This document shows positions 25,485 to 36,953 of a stretch of DNA of 39,059 nt, piece after piece (positions within the stretch are counted from its first letter, which is position 1; each line of letters opens with the position of its first letter). Source of the DNA: Nemertoderma westbladi (Eukaryota; Animalia; Xenacoelomorpha); the NCBI GenBank assembly GCA_032718475.1, contig JAUCBJ010000454.1, positions 1 through 39,059 on the forward strand, in the 5' to 3' direction. Below the pieces are notes generated by a model. It saw nothing but the letters and a program-made list of their open reading frames with translations. It did no database searches and was not told where the DNA came from. The translations under genes were made by a program, and so were the position numbers.

Positions 25485-26599
25485 TGTTTGCGCTTTTAGA
25501 CCTTTAGCAGTTTAACCTGCCAATTTAAATGTCTTTTTAATTATGAATCAACTTTTGCCCTTACCAATTACCTGGTGTACTGAATTTACATCCACTGAAG
25601 CCAGTCCGTGCGCAGCGTATGACCCACGGTGTGGGAGACTGGATTCGGGACCGGAGAAAGTTATTGCGGTGTAGGCTACTTTATATTATTCGATTGATTG
25701 CTACTATATAATCTCAGACAACTATATTTACTTTCGGGGAAATATTAACAGTTCCTTTGGAACATGGCGCTTTAAGTATAAAACAGAGTTATGACTTACA
25801 TTAATCACAACTAGATGGCTACGGAGTATCGTAAATAACGCATTCTTTAGGAGATGCTTTATTAACTTTCACACGACTCCACACTACTTCACACTAATTC
25901 ACACTAAATTGCCGACCGTCACTGATTTTTATCATATATAAGGAGGATTGCAACTGACACACGTAGGGATTATAAAATAGCATTTAATTCACACAAAAAC
26001 CACTATAATTTGAGTCGCAGTTGCTATAGGTAGACCCTTCTGCTTACCTCAGTAATTAAGAAAGTTGAGTGGTTTACGATTATTTATCAGTATTCTCCAA
26101 ATATAACATCCATTAATATAAACAGCAATTAACACAATATAAAACAGCATTAAACAGTGCGGTGAACAGTAAGTATGTGTTCATGAAGTTCAGTATGATA
26201 TGTGATACAAAGAATATGTGTCACGTTAGGTGAGTTAAGTATGACAAGTTAATAGATTTACGTTCTTATAACTCAGGCCATCAGATGTTCTTGGGCCAAA
26301 GTCTGAAACGTCCGCACCCAGCACAGAATCCTGAGAGGAATCTAATTCTCAGAAAAACTATAACTGCGCATGCACCAATTTCCACAGGTAGGTCTCTATT
26401 GGCATAACTCAGAAGATTGCTCTGATTGGCTGAATAGGCTCAAACAAAGGAATCTCCACGTACACAAAGAATCAGCTGACAGATTTCGTCATCTTGGTTC
26501 TAATTTCTAACCGACGCGTAGTTGAACAATTTTAGGGCTTTTTAGAGTATTCAGCGCATTGCGTAAAAATGACTTGTTATGTCCGCAAAAGCTTTCACA
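25485..26599 (-). repeat. 5' LTR of element 1
   Basis: Minus strand reads TGTGAAAGCTTTTGCGGAC...GCGCAAACA. Aligns end to end with the solo LTR at roughly 85-90% by eye and is co-oriented with gag. Confidence 0.88.
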
Positions 26600-26931
26600 G
26601 TAGTGGTATGCCTATACAATATCTATATTGCGTAGCTAATCATATATAAACAAATTGTTCCAGAATATTGTGTATTTATTAAATAGAATAAATGGCCTGC
26701 AGCGAACAATAATTCTTGCAATCTTTGAACGCCTATATTTCAGCTGTTTCTCAACGAAAATTCAAAACATTGTTACATATTATTTGGAATCCTTGTAACG
26801 AAAGCTTTCCAACGATATCTATAAAGCGAGGTTAATGTGAAGAATGGCGATGATAGGAGGTGTGCAATTTCGCAAAAGACATTTTTTTTAAACACTTATA
26901 AAAAAATGTAAAGGCAAAATCGAAAATTCCG

Positions 26932-27839
26932 GCTTCATGGTAACAACCACGGTGAGTTGAACTAGTTGTGTTACAAATTTCAAGCAATATGATAAAGATC
27001 TGTAGAAAAATTTGAGGGGGGGGGGGGGGGTCCGTGTCATCAGAAAATGACACTATATTACATATATAGACTTACACACATAGTGTATATAGTTATATAT
27101 TTGCCGCTTATTTATTAATTATATATAATTATTCATAATTAATTAATTAGTAATTTCAAACAAATTAATAAATGTTCTTCAGTGATAAATAACTCAATGC
27201 CCTCCACCTAAAGATGTTATTTTGAAGATGCCTCTTCATTTGCGGAAAACAAATCAACCAATATCTATTATACTAAAGGACTGGAAAAGCCATAGTCTAC
27301 GCATAGGCCAAGGTATCCTAGCAATTAACACACGACCATTTCTGTAAACAAAATATAATATTGTCAGTCAGTGTGGGTCTTGGATACAGCAAAGGAGTTA
27401 CGCCAGGTCATTAACCTAAGGGATATCAAAAATAACATTGATTTCCAAGTAATATTATTAGGTCAACCATTATAAGTTTGTTACTTACATCGATAGGATT
27501 GTTCTCAGTGCCGTAGAGGTTCGGAATAAGATATCTTCGTTTTATGTTGAGGTCTTTGATACGTATTTGTAGGTTGTGACCACTAGTGGTAGCAACGGTC
27601 ACTGTAACTAACAACAATAGCACAAACCAGTTCATATTAATTAATTAATTGCTGATTGATAATTAAACTAAAGCAAATAAATGGGTGTATTCCTAGAATA
27701 ATATTGTTGCTGCGTTATAAATGCTATTCCTGTACACTAGACACCCCCGACACCTACATTTTTTTATATTAATCTTAATCATATTGCTTGAAAATTGAAA
27801 CACAACTAGTCCAACTCACCGTCGTTGTTACCATGAAGC
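26932..27839. repeat. Inverted repeat pair (26932-26993 / 27778-27839, 62 bp, with a degenerate ~60-bp inward extension)
   Basis: GCTTCATGGTAACAACCACGGTGAGTTGAACTAGTTGTG...CAAGCAATATGAT versus its reverse complement, with about 4 mismatches. Confidence 0.85.
27318..27635 (-). CDS. Candidate two-exon small secreted peptide precursor (56 aa; exons 27635-27489 and 27341-27318)
   Basis: MNWFVLLLLVTVTVATTSG signal-like N-terminus; donor GAT|GTAAGT; 147-nt intron with ACTGAC branch site and TTTTGTTTACAG acceptor. Spliced product ends ...NI-KRR-YLIPNLYGTENNPIDKWSCVNC*. Confidence 0.5.
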
Positions 27840-27877
27840 GTGGAACCGGTAAACCTGTAAGTTTTTTTTGTAAAATT

Positions 27878-28527
27878 ATTGCGGTAGATTACCCATGGTG
27901 GTGAACAGGCATTCCTTTAGGTAACAGAGTGGGAGGGTTTACTGTGGAAGATCACCCATGGTGATGAACAGGCATTCCTTTAGGAAACAGAGTGGGACGG
28001 TTTACTGTGAACGATCACCCGTGGTGACGTGGTGGTGAACAGGCATTCCTTTAGGAAACAGAATGGGAGGCTTTACCATGGAAGATCACCCGTCGTGGTG
28101 GTGAACAGGCATTCCTTTAGGAACCAGAGTGGAAGGGTTTACTGCAGAAGATCACCCATGGTGGTGAACAGGCATTCCTTTAGGAAACAGAGTGGAAGGG
28201 TTTACTGCAGAAGATCACCCATGGTGGTGAACAGGCATTCCTTTAGGAAACAGAGGGGAAGGGTTTACTGTGGGTGATCACCCGTGGTGGTGAACAGGGA
28301 TTCCTTTAGGAGACAGAGTGGGAGGGTTTACCATGGAAGATCACCCGTGGTGGTGAACAGGCATTTCTTTAGGAAACATAGTGGAAGGGTTTACCATGAA
28401 AGATCACCCGTGGTGGTGAACAGGCATTCCTTTAGGAAACAACCCGTGGTGGTGAACAGGCATTCCTTTAGGAAACAGAATGGCAGGGTTTACCATGGAA
28501 GATCACCCGTCATGGTGGTGAACAGGG
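27878..28527. repeat. 63-bp satellite/minisatellite, left arm (~10 copies)
   Basis: Monomer GTGGTGAACAGGCATTCCTTTAGGAAACAGAGTGGAAGGGTTTACTGTGGAAGATCACCCATG; period 63 (e.g. 28161 to 28224). Confidence 0.95.
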
Positions 28528-28528
28528 T

Positions 28529-29109
28529 TACGAGATTACCAATATTAATCTCGTCTCATAACCAACATTGGGGGGGGGGGGGGGGACACAAGCCCCAAAG
28601 CCACAGAGAGAGGTGAGAGGTCAAACCACCTCGGAGGGAATACAGCTAGTAGAGGCTAGCAGCGGGGGGAAACACTCACAGGGAGTGTCAAAGTGACAAT
28701 TAGTATATTAGCCAATAGTGGGGAGGGAAGCACGTGATTAGGGACAGGAAAGCATCCATTGGGTACAGAGGGCCAAAGTACAGTAAGAGGTGAAATAAAT
28801 ATCAATGTGTGTTAACCATATATTATCCTACATTACTGATTTACCGGTCAGTTGAGTTATTCAGTCAGTGCAGACTGGTCATAGTTAATGACCGTCACTG
28901 CCATTAACAGCAATTAATCTGTATTTTCTGCTATATCCATGTTATCACTACCGACGTGCTATTATCGTCTATGTTAATCAATATTGAGAAACAACAGAAA
29001 CTCTCATTGTTTTCCCCAACGGCCTTCGGCTAAAGCAAGTAGCACGACTGCCCAGCAGAACGGTGATGCGTACATTTCTAACCCGGTCGGGATCTCCGAT
29101 CCCGTCACA
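28529..29109 (+). repeat. 5' LTR of element 2 (first ~74 bp missing)
   Basis: Matches 37036-37619; ends GATCCCGTCACA. Confidence 0.92.
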
Positions 29110-29714
29110 GTCATTAACTACCGAGACTGCCAACTAAAAACTGTGACTGCCAAAAATCAGCGAGAAGAAGATGTGCGACAGGGAGCCCCGATTATCAGAG
29201 GGAGAGAGGATGCCGCCGCAGATCCCGGACGACCCCAACCAAACAATCCGTGAGGCCGCGACGCGACGGTATCGGCCAGTGACGCCAGATTCGCCAATGA
29301 GGGACGATCCGGCAGCCTAAGCGGAGGGCAGCCGTCAACTACGGAGGAGAGAGGGAGACGAGTCTATGCGCGACGACGACGGCGGTCGGTGTACCAAAGT
29401 CGCCAGCCAGCCACAGGCCGAGGGCGACGGATGGCCCACCAGAACGGCGATGGTGGGGCCGCCGGTATGACGCCAGACGAGGAGAGGAGGCGGAGTCGGC
29501 AAAGAGGACGTCGGGACGAGTGATTGGCTATGACGGGCCTACAACGCCACCAAGAAACTACTTACGGAGGCCAAGGAAGGGAGAAAGGTAGACCAGCCTA
29601 AACTGTACCAGAGGTAGGTGAGTCGAATAAACACTTTCGATATTTAGTCCGTTTTGGACAGGGAGAACTGGTGAGTGAGAGGGCGAGGGGGGTCGCCACA
29701 GAACTGTTTGAATT

Positions 29715-32136
29715 GTGGCGATCCAGGGTAATGGAGCCAGAAGTAGTGTACGTAGGGCCTTACTTAAGGGGGGAATTAAGTTAGTGGGTTGGGCGGACCC
29801 GCACAACGGCGAACCCGAGGTTAACCCCGAGGATTTGGTGTCGTCGGTCAGTGAGAACCCCAGAAAGCGGGGGAAAGTCAGTAGGACAGAGAGGCGACGG
29901 GAGTCCGACGTGACTGATAAGTCCGCTACATCCTCTGCAAAAGCAAGAAGGGTGTTAGAGATAGATCTGGCGTGTCAACTAGACCTTGTGGCACTGGATC
30001 AAAGGGAGTTAGAGAGGCAACTGGAAGAGGGAACAGTGTTATTAGAGAAAGAGAGAGAGTTAGTGAGAGAGTGTAAAGAGAGGGCAGAGAGGGTGCGAGA
30101 AACTTTAGAGAGGGTGAGGAGAGAGAAATAAGGGAGGACAAAGAGCGAGAGGTGAGAGAGGCGAACGAGCACAAAGAGCGCGAGGAGCGAGAGGCGAGAG
30201 AGGTGAACGAGCGCAAAGAGCGTGAGGTGAAGAGGGTTGAGAGGATTATGAGAGCGGCAGAGTTGGCCGACCAAGGCATGAGGGAGGATAGAGAGAGAGA
30301 GAGGGTGGGTAGACGTATGCGGGATGATATGCATACCCGGTTGAGGAGACTTATGCAATACCAGGCGAAGCAAAAGCGCCGGTTAGAACTGGCAAAGTTG
30401 GGATTATCGGAGAGTGAAGCTGGTTCGGGTAGTATTTATGAGGAGCCAGAAGTAATGGAAACGTTTGTTAATACCCCACTTACTTACAGGCACCGGGCGA
30501 CAGACCCAAGACTGGTGTAACCATACGGACGGGGGGGGGGGGGGGTAATAATAATACGTTAGAAGGAATTAATATTAATAGTACCGTAGTAGATAACCCT
30601 AATCAAACCTTTGTTGCAGGAAATAATATTTTACCCGGTAATAATAATTTTGACCTAAATGTACAAAATAATCCAAATAATACTACTAATTTAAATGTAC
30701 AAAATAATCCAAATAATAATTCTAATTTAAACGTGCAAAGTAATCCAAATAATAACCCTAATTCCAAACAAAATAATTTAAATAGTTTGAATAACTTAGA
30801 TAATAATATTATTGGTAACGGTGCTATTAATACGAATATAGGGGACACAGGTGGTCCGACCAGCGAGAGCCTGCAAGGCCATGTAGTTACGCAGGGAGTA
30901 GCGGGGGTGAGTGAACCCGATGGGAACCTGCAAGGCCACGTAGTTAGGCAGGGAGTAGCGGGGGTGAGTCAACCCGACGGGAGCCTGCAAGGCCACGCAG
31001 TCGCACAGGGAGAGGCGGGGGTGAGTAGACCCAGCCGGAGTAGAGATAGTGCGTCGACTAGAGAGGGGCGTAGAAGCAAAGTAGGAGGTAGCGACGTAAG
31101 AGATGGCGAATGGGGGGGGGGGGGGGGGCTACGGGCACCCCTCCACGAGAGATCAGTGGCGAGAAGGGGGGGCAGAGAATGTCCCACAAGCGTCGGTGGA
31201 TAATGCGCGGGGCGAGTTAGGTGAACCGCGGCACCTGACAACGGATAATAGTAGGGGGATTGCGAGTATCCCCAGGAGCGTCCAACAAGGCAGAGAGAGA
31301 GAGGTTGGCGCCGTGAGCGGGCGAGCGACAAAATGTCGAGCCCAGTCGGAAGACGGAAGAAGAACAGTGAAGTTTATCCAGGAGGACGGAGAGAGATCTC
31401 ACGAAGGGGATCGCTACACTGAAGAGAGAAGAAGTGAAGAGAATAGAAGAAGCGTTGCCATGAGCAACCGGAGAGGAAGGATGGGCAGTGAACCGTCGGT
31501 AGCAGAGATGGAGTTAGAGAGTCAGTGGGTTCGAACTCCGGGAGATTGCCGTTGACCCGGAGAGACACAGCCTGGTGAGATATACCACACACCGGGAGAA
31601 GGGTACAGGATATACCGGGATGAGGACGAGGACAGGAGAGGGGATCGAAGAGAAACTTCCCGACGGGATATAGCTGCCGAGCGAGAGTACGGTAGTCGTG
31701 GGAGGACTTCTTGGAATATTCGAGAAGATTAAACGTCAGTCCAGAAGGACACAGGCAGACTGCAGGACAAACTGTAGGCCTTACTGCACATACTATAGGC
31801 CATGCTGGAAGAGATAGTGTAGGCGATAGGGTAGCGCGGACAACGGGTTAGATCCGGAAGTCGCGGCATACATACCGGTAGGTAGGCAAGAAGTGGATAG
31901 GCCTATACCGGTACCTGCACACCAGTATGACTATAATATGCAGGGATATAACATATACCCAGGGGAGGGGGGAGCTATTGCCGATAGAGGTTTGGGCCCT
32001 AACACTGTAACATTATAACATCAACCCCAATACCAAATATAACACCGGTGGGGGGGGGGGGGGGGGGGGGCAGGGTGACATTCCCCCATTACAATATCAG
32101 CAATATACTCAACTAAGAACAAAAACCCCGAACCCC
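29715..32136 (+). pseudogene. Degenerate N-terminal Gag region (E/R-rich coiled coil, Asn-rich and 19-aa repeats)
   Basis: Successive broken ORFs 29715-30131, 30152-30520, 30733-31203 and 31103-31555 lie upstream of the gag core; several frame breaks are near poly-G runs. Confidence 0.55.
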
Positions 32137-33054
32137 TTGGACCAAAATAGATTGTGTGATACAGAGATATGGAGGGGGCCGTTACCCCCAATGATATATC
32201 CAACGCAGAAGAAGTCAACAGGCCCGACGGGCGAACCGCACCCAGCAGCAGGGGAATCTGTACAGCACCCATCGAGCCCACTAGAAGTACAAGCGATGGG
32301 AATGGCGAAACTCATCGATGCGCTTAAGACCAGGATCGAGCTGCCACCAGTGGAGCCGTTTAAATTTGATGGAAGCAGACCGGAGGAATATCTGCAACTC
32401 CAACGCATGTACAGCAATGAAATATTGACAAAGAATCTGACTCAGGCGGAGTGCCTAAAATATGTACAAGTTTACACAGGGGGCCCAGCGTATGACATCG
32501 TAAGGCAGTATCAAGGTATCGAGGGTGGATTCACGACTGCATGGCGGGCCCTAGACAGGGAATTCGGACACCCTGCCGAGATCATCCGGCAAACCCTGAG
32601 GGGAATAACATCAGGTGGACTACAGGATAACCCTGTCAGCATCAAGACTTTCGCAAATAAAGTCGAGAAGGTGTTAATTGTGCTGAAGACCTTGGATGCG
32701 CCTTACGAACTAAACGCATCGAATAACATCACTACAATAGCGCAGGCACTGCCGATCTGGCTAAGAAATAAGTGGAGGAAGATCGCCTTCTCCACCCGGG
32801 AGAAGAAAGGTGTGGAGCCGAGGCTAGAGGAGATGTCGAACTTTCTTAATTATGAGGCGGAGTTGATTACAGACCCAGTCTACAGTGAGGATAGTTTGGG
32901 GAAGGCGCCGAAAGCCGAATACAACAGGCCTAAACCCGAACATAATCCGGCAGATGCATTCCCGAGAGTGAGACAGTTGCTACCACATGCGGCCACGCAG
33001 GGGACTACAAGTCCACAGTTAGCTGGGAGTAGGGCCACACCGTGGCAGGGATAG
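32137..33054 (+). pseudogene. gag: BEL/Pao Gag core (DUF1759-like)
   Basis: LPPVEPFKFDGSRPEEY..CLKYVQVYTGGPAYDIV..AWRALDREFG..LPIWLRNKW..FLNYEAELITDPVY. Confidence 0.85.
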
Positions 33055-33138
33055 AAACAAAATAACAACACGAACAAATATAATCCCAACACACCCAGTA
33101 GGCTGAGTCCAAATAACCAAAAAACTAAACTGGTAGAT

Positions 33139-34639
33139 ATGAATCTACGCGCAATACGTGAAGGGCTATACAGGGAGCGCTACAATCCAGGATACGAATG
33201 TCAATTGCATAGGGGTGGAACCCATAAGACCATGAGTTGTAAGCATTGGCAAGCGTTGCCTAAACAAGATCGTGTAGCCTACGCGGATACAAACGGACTA
33301 TGTCATCGATGCGTGGTAGAAGGACACAGATTCGGAGAGTGTAGAGAAACACCGATGGGATACGATGAGACTGGAGGCCAAACTATGGCTACGAGCACGA
33401 CGGGAAAAAGGAGAAAGAGGAAGTACTACTCGGGGTAGTACCAGTGAGGATAACAGGAAAGGGCGGCCGATCAGTCACGACATTGATGCTGGTCGACAGC
33501 AGAGCAGCCTTCACTCTGGTGGAGAATTGGGTGGCCGAGGAGATAGGGTTACAGACGAGGCCGAGTAGTATGGCAGTAACTACTATCTTGAGCAAGGATG
33601 AGGTCCTGGAGATGAGAACGGGACGGTGCGAGATATCAGCAATAGCACCAGGATGTAATTATGGGCGACCATCGACCCCATTCAGATAATAGAATCGATT
33701 AATATAAATGCCAGGCAACCCACCAGGATCGAGGTCGAGCAATACCGGTTCCTGGACGACATCGATTTCTCAATACCGGAAGTGGACATCTCGAAGGTAT
33801 CCATCATAGTCGGAATGGATTGTCCGACGGCCCACGAGAGAGTACGGACCATATTCGGAGAAAATAAGCAGGGGGATCCGACGGCGATTCTCACACCGTT
33901 CGGATAGACGCTTAGCGGCCCAATTAAAACCAAGATTCCATTCAGGGTGTCGGAGACATCAGGGTGCATGCTATCAGATACTGTTAAGGATGTAGAGGAG
34001 AAACCAGAGACGGGCGATGGGGAGGTCCCATGTGAGAAGCGGCCCGGGGAAGGATACCAGGAGTTGGGTATGGATCTGGAACCACGCATAGTGGAGCATG
34101 GTGAAAGGATAGAGGATAGTTCCAGAGAAATACCGTTGGTAGATGAATTAGGAGGGGAAGCAACAGCAAGAGAGTGGGCGGAGGAGAATGGATTCAACGC
34201 GGAAGACTTAGAGACGATGGGATGGAACAAGGTTGTTCCCGGCAAGTATTGGTATGAGGATGGAGAAGAGTGGACGGCGAGATGTCTGGAGAAGTGTCCA
34301 GAGGAGACGCCGGTCCAGTTGAGAGGCATACCGAAAAGGGGGAGGTCAAATAAGAAGACAGGGTGGAAAGGGATAGGATTACTATTATCCATTCTGTTTT
34401 ATCTATTCTTTTGATTTATTTTCATTCTACCGCCAGGTGACGACAAGATGAAGGGTGGCATTTTGCTGCCAGGGGACCATGAGGAAATCAAGAAGGCGAC
34501 CGAAAGACCCGATTTTAGGGTGGTGGAGGAGGGAGAGTCAATTCCTAGAGAGTTGGAATTGACAAGGAGAGTGGGGCGAAGGATCAGAGGACCTACAAGG
34601 GGGCAGTGGGAGAGTGCCTGCTGGAAGAATCGCCCTTGA
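33139..34639 (+). pseudogene. Zinc knuckles, degenerate aspartic protease and an in-frame non-RT tail with a hydrophobic segment
   Basis: CQLHRGGTHKTMSC and CHRCVVEGHRFGEC; VPVRI..TLMLVDSRAAFTLV; IIVGMDCPTAH..PTAILTPFG*TLSGP. The same frame continues through 33947-34414 and 34448-34639. Confidence 0.7.
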
Positions 34640-34799
34640 AGTTTAGTCATCCAATATGTTGGACTGAGGGGGTGGGAATGAGGGCGAGACGCCCTTCCCA
34701 CACAAATATAAAATAAATAATAAGAAAATAATAAAATAAGTAGTGAGATAGTAGAAAGTTAGAAAGTAATAATAGTAGATAATACGTAGCACTAGGTAA

Positions 34800-35530
34800 G
34801 TAGTTAGAAGTTAGGGAGTGTGGTATATTGACACACCACAAGAGTAGCAGGGTACATAGTGCCGTAGGCAGTTAGAAGTTAGGGAGTGTGGTATATTGAC
34901 ATACCACGAGAGTAGCGGGGTACATAGTACCGTAAGAGTAAGAAGTTAGAAAGTTAGTAGAAGTCAGTAAGGGTAAGAGGAGAGTTAGAAGTTAGTAAGA
35001 GTTAGTAAGAAGTAAGAAGTTAGAAAGTTAGTAGAAGTCAGTAAGGGTAAGAGGAGAGTTAGAAGTTAGTAAGAGTTAGTAAGAAGTTAGAAAGTTAGTA
35101 GAAGTTAGTAAGAGTAAGAGGAGAGTTAGAAGTTAGTAAGAGTAAGAGGAGAGTTAGAAGTTAGTGAGAGTAAGAGGAGAGTTAAGTTAGAGATTAGGGA
35201 GTGTGGTATATAGACATACCATGAGAGTAGTAGTAGGGTACATAGTACTGAGAGAGTTAGGGGTTGTGGGCACCGAAAACGCCACGTAGTAAGAGAGTGA
35301 AGGGTGTGGTATGTAGGTATACCATAGAGGTAGTAGCAGAGGGGTTGTGGGCACCGCAAGCACCACATAGTGAGAGAGTGAAGGGTGTGGTATGTAGGTA
35401 TACCATAGTAGCTGTATTAGGGTACATAGTACTATAGAAGTTAGAAGTTGTGGGCACCGAGAGCACCACGTAGTAAGAAAGTAAAGGGTATGTAGGCATA
35501 CCATAGTAGTAGTAGGGTACATAGTAAAAA
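34800..35530 (+). repeat. Purine-rich complex tandem repeats with reiterated hairpin modules inside element 2
   Basis: Six (T)GGTAT-N6-AYACCA modules, five GGGTACATAGT modules, three GTTGTGGGCACCG modules, and an AGAAGTTAGTAAGAGT-type simple repeat at ~34935-35190. Confidence 0.85.
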
Positions 35531-35630
35531 GGAAGTAGAAAGGTAGATAGGATAATAGCACAGACAGGGGGGAACATAAGGAAAATAAAATAAGACTAAG
35601 GAAAATTGGCACTTTGGGGGTGGTAGAGAA

Positions 35631-35818
35631 CACAGGACATTATGGAGCAGTGGGGATGGGCCAGCCCATGGGCCTTATCTGCCACAAGCCGATGGACTGG
35701 GGCAAGTTCCGGGAGGAGCACAGAGCGGGCACAGAACATTGTGGAGCAGTGGCGATGGGCCAGCTCATGGGGCTTGTCTGCCACAAGCCGATGGACTGGG
35801 GTTAAGTTCCGGGAGGAG
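35631..35818 (+). repeat. 99-bp tandem duplication
   Basis: CACAGGACATTATGGAGCAGTGG...AAGTTCCGGGAGGAG at 35631 and a near-copy at 35730. Confidence 0.9.
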
Positions 35819-36953
35819 TACGGAGTGGAACTGGCGAACTCGCTGAAATGGGGAGCGAGGCCAGAGAAACAGGAGGTATATCAGTTCCAAAGGGGAGCGA
35901 TAAAGATATATCAGAAGAGATATATCCTACAGGAGGATTGGATAATGATAGGTTTACTAAACCTATTCATGGCAGTGGTTATCGGAAGATAGCCGACGGC
36001 GTTTCTGCTATCAGAAGCACCTCTAAACTACAGAAGAGCCTTAAAGGTGGCCTTCGAAGGTCTGGTAGACCACCCGGGGCTGAAGGGCGAGTCGGTGTAC
36101 TACAACAGCCGGCACCTAGTAGACAGAGAGGTGGATACACCATACAAGAGATGGGAGAAGCTGGAAGCGGATAGAGTCGAAGAGAAGCCACTGGAAGAAG
36201 TCGTCAGGTGAGAAAGAAGGGAAGCAGACAAGAGAGAGGCGGACATAAGGGGAGAGGATTACGGGTTCGAAGCCCAGAACTTGGACGAGCTGAGGTGGGG
36301 ATCAGGGAGCTCAGGCGAGTTTCTGGGGGAGGAGCTGGGATGGACGGAAGAATCGCCGAAACAGTCGACATACGAACTCCTAAGTGCAAATAATTAAGTG
36401 CAATTAGTATGTACGTATGTAAATAATCAATATAATTATAATGAATATAATCAAAGTAAGTACTATAGTCATATATAACCTTTTTCCAATTAGCTACTGG
36501 GATTGGGGACCAATTGACTATGACGTGAGGACGAGACATTAGATGGATCCCATTTCAAGTGCGGCCGCACTGATGAGAATGTGGGAGCCTGACAGGAGGG
36601 GACGGAGAACCATAATGGGTTGAGTATGAGGGAAGTATGGAGAGGAGATGTTGGCGCGTGAGGAAGTGAGAGGAGTGCAATTCAAGTGTGGGGAGCGAGC
36701 AGTAAGAGAGAGAGTAAGGGACAGCGAGGTCCGCGAGAAAGAGAGTAAGGGACGAAGATGTCCGAGAGTAAGATTAGAGAGAGGCTCTAGAAAATTGCGT
36801 CAAGGAGGGGTAGCAATAACATACCCCGGGGGGGCGGCCTGGAAAGCCGACCCCGAGAAAAGAACTCCACCCCACACCCGATATTAGTTCGGGTTCCAGC
36901 GGAATTGAAGCGCACTTAAGGTTGATGCTATCTTCTCACCGGGAAGATAGCAT

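Larger units (their letters stand above)
19088..26599 (-). mobile_element. BEL/Pao LTR retrotransposon, 3'-truncated within RT (element 1)
   Basis: 5' LTR, ~1.75-kb leader, then gag-PR-RT remnants. Homology stops after RDRDSLRFLWWPEGDLNRKPVEY. No RNaseH, integrase or same-orientation 3' LTR. Confidence 0.9.

Noticed and set aside
16964-26610. Single 9.6-kb foldback, DIRS-like or Polinton-like element with 1.1-kb TIRs
   Set aside because: The left copy has TG..CA ends and its own CCACC TSD, so it is an independent solo LTR. There is no shared TSD around the pair and no transposase or tyrosine recombinase.
33682-34392. 236-aa minus-strand ORF and other antisense ORFs in both retroelements
   Set aside because: Shadows of the BEL coding strand or of purine-rich repeats; no motifs.
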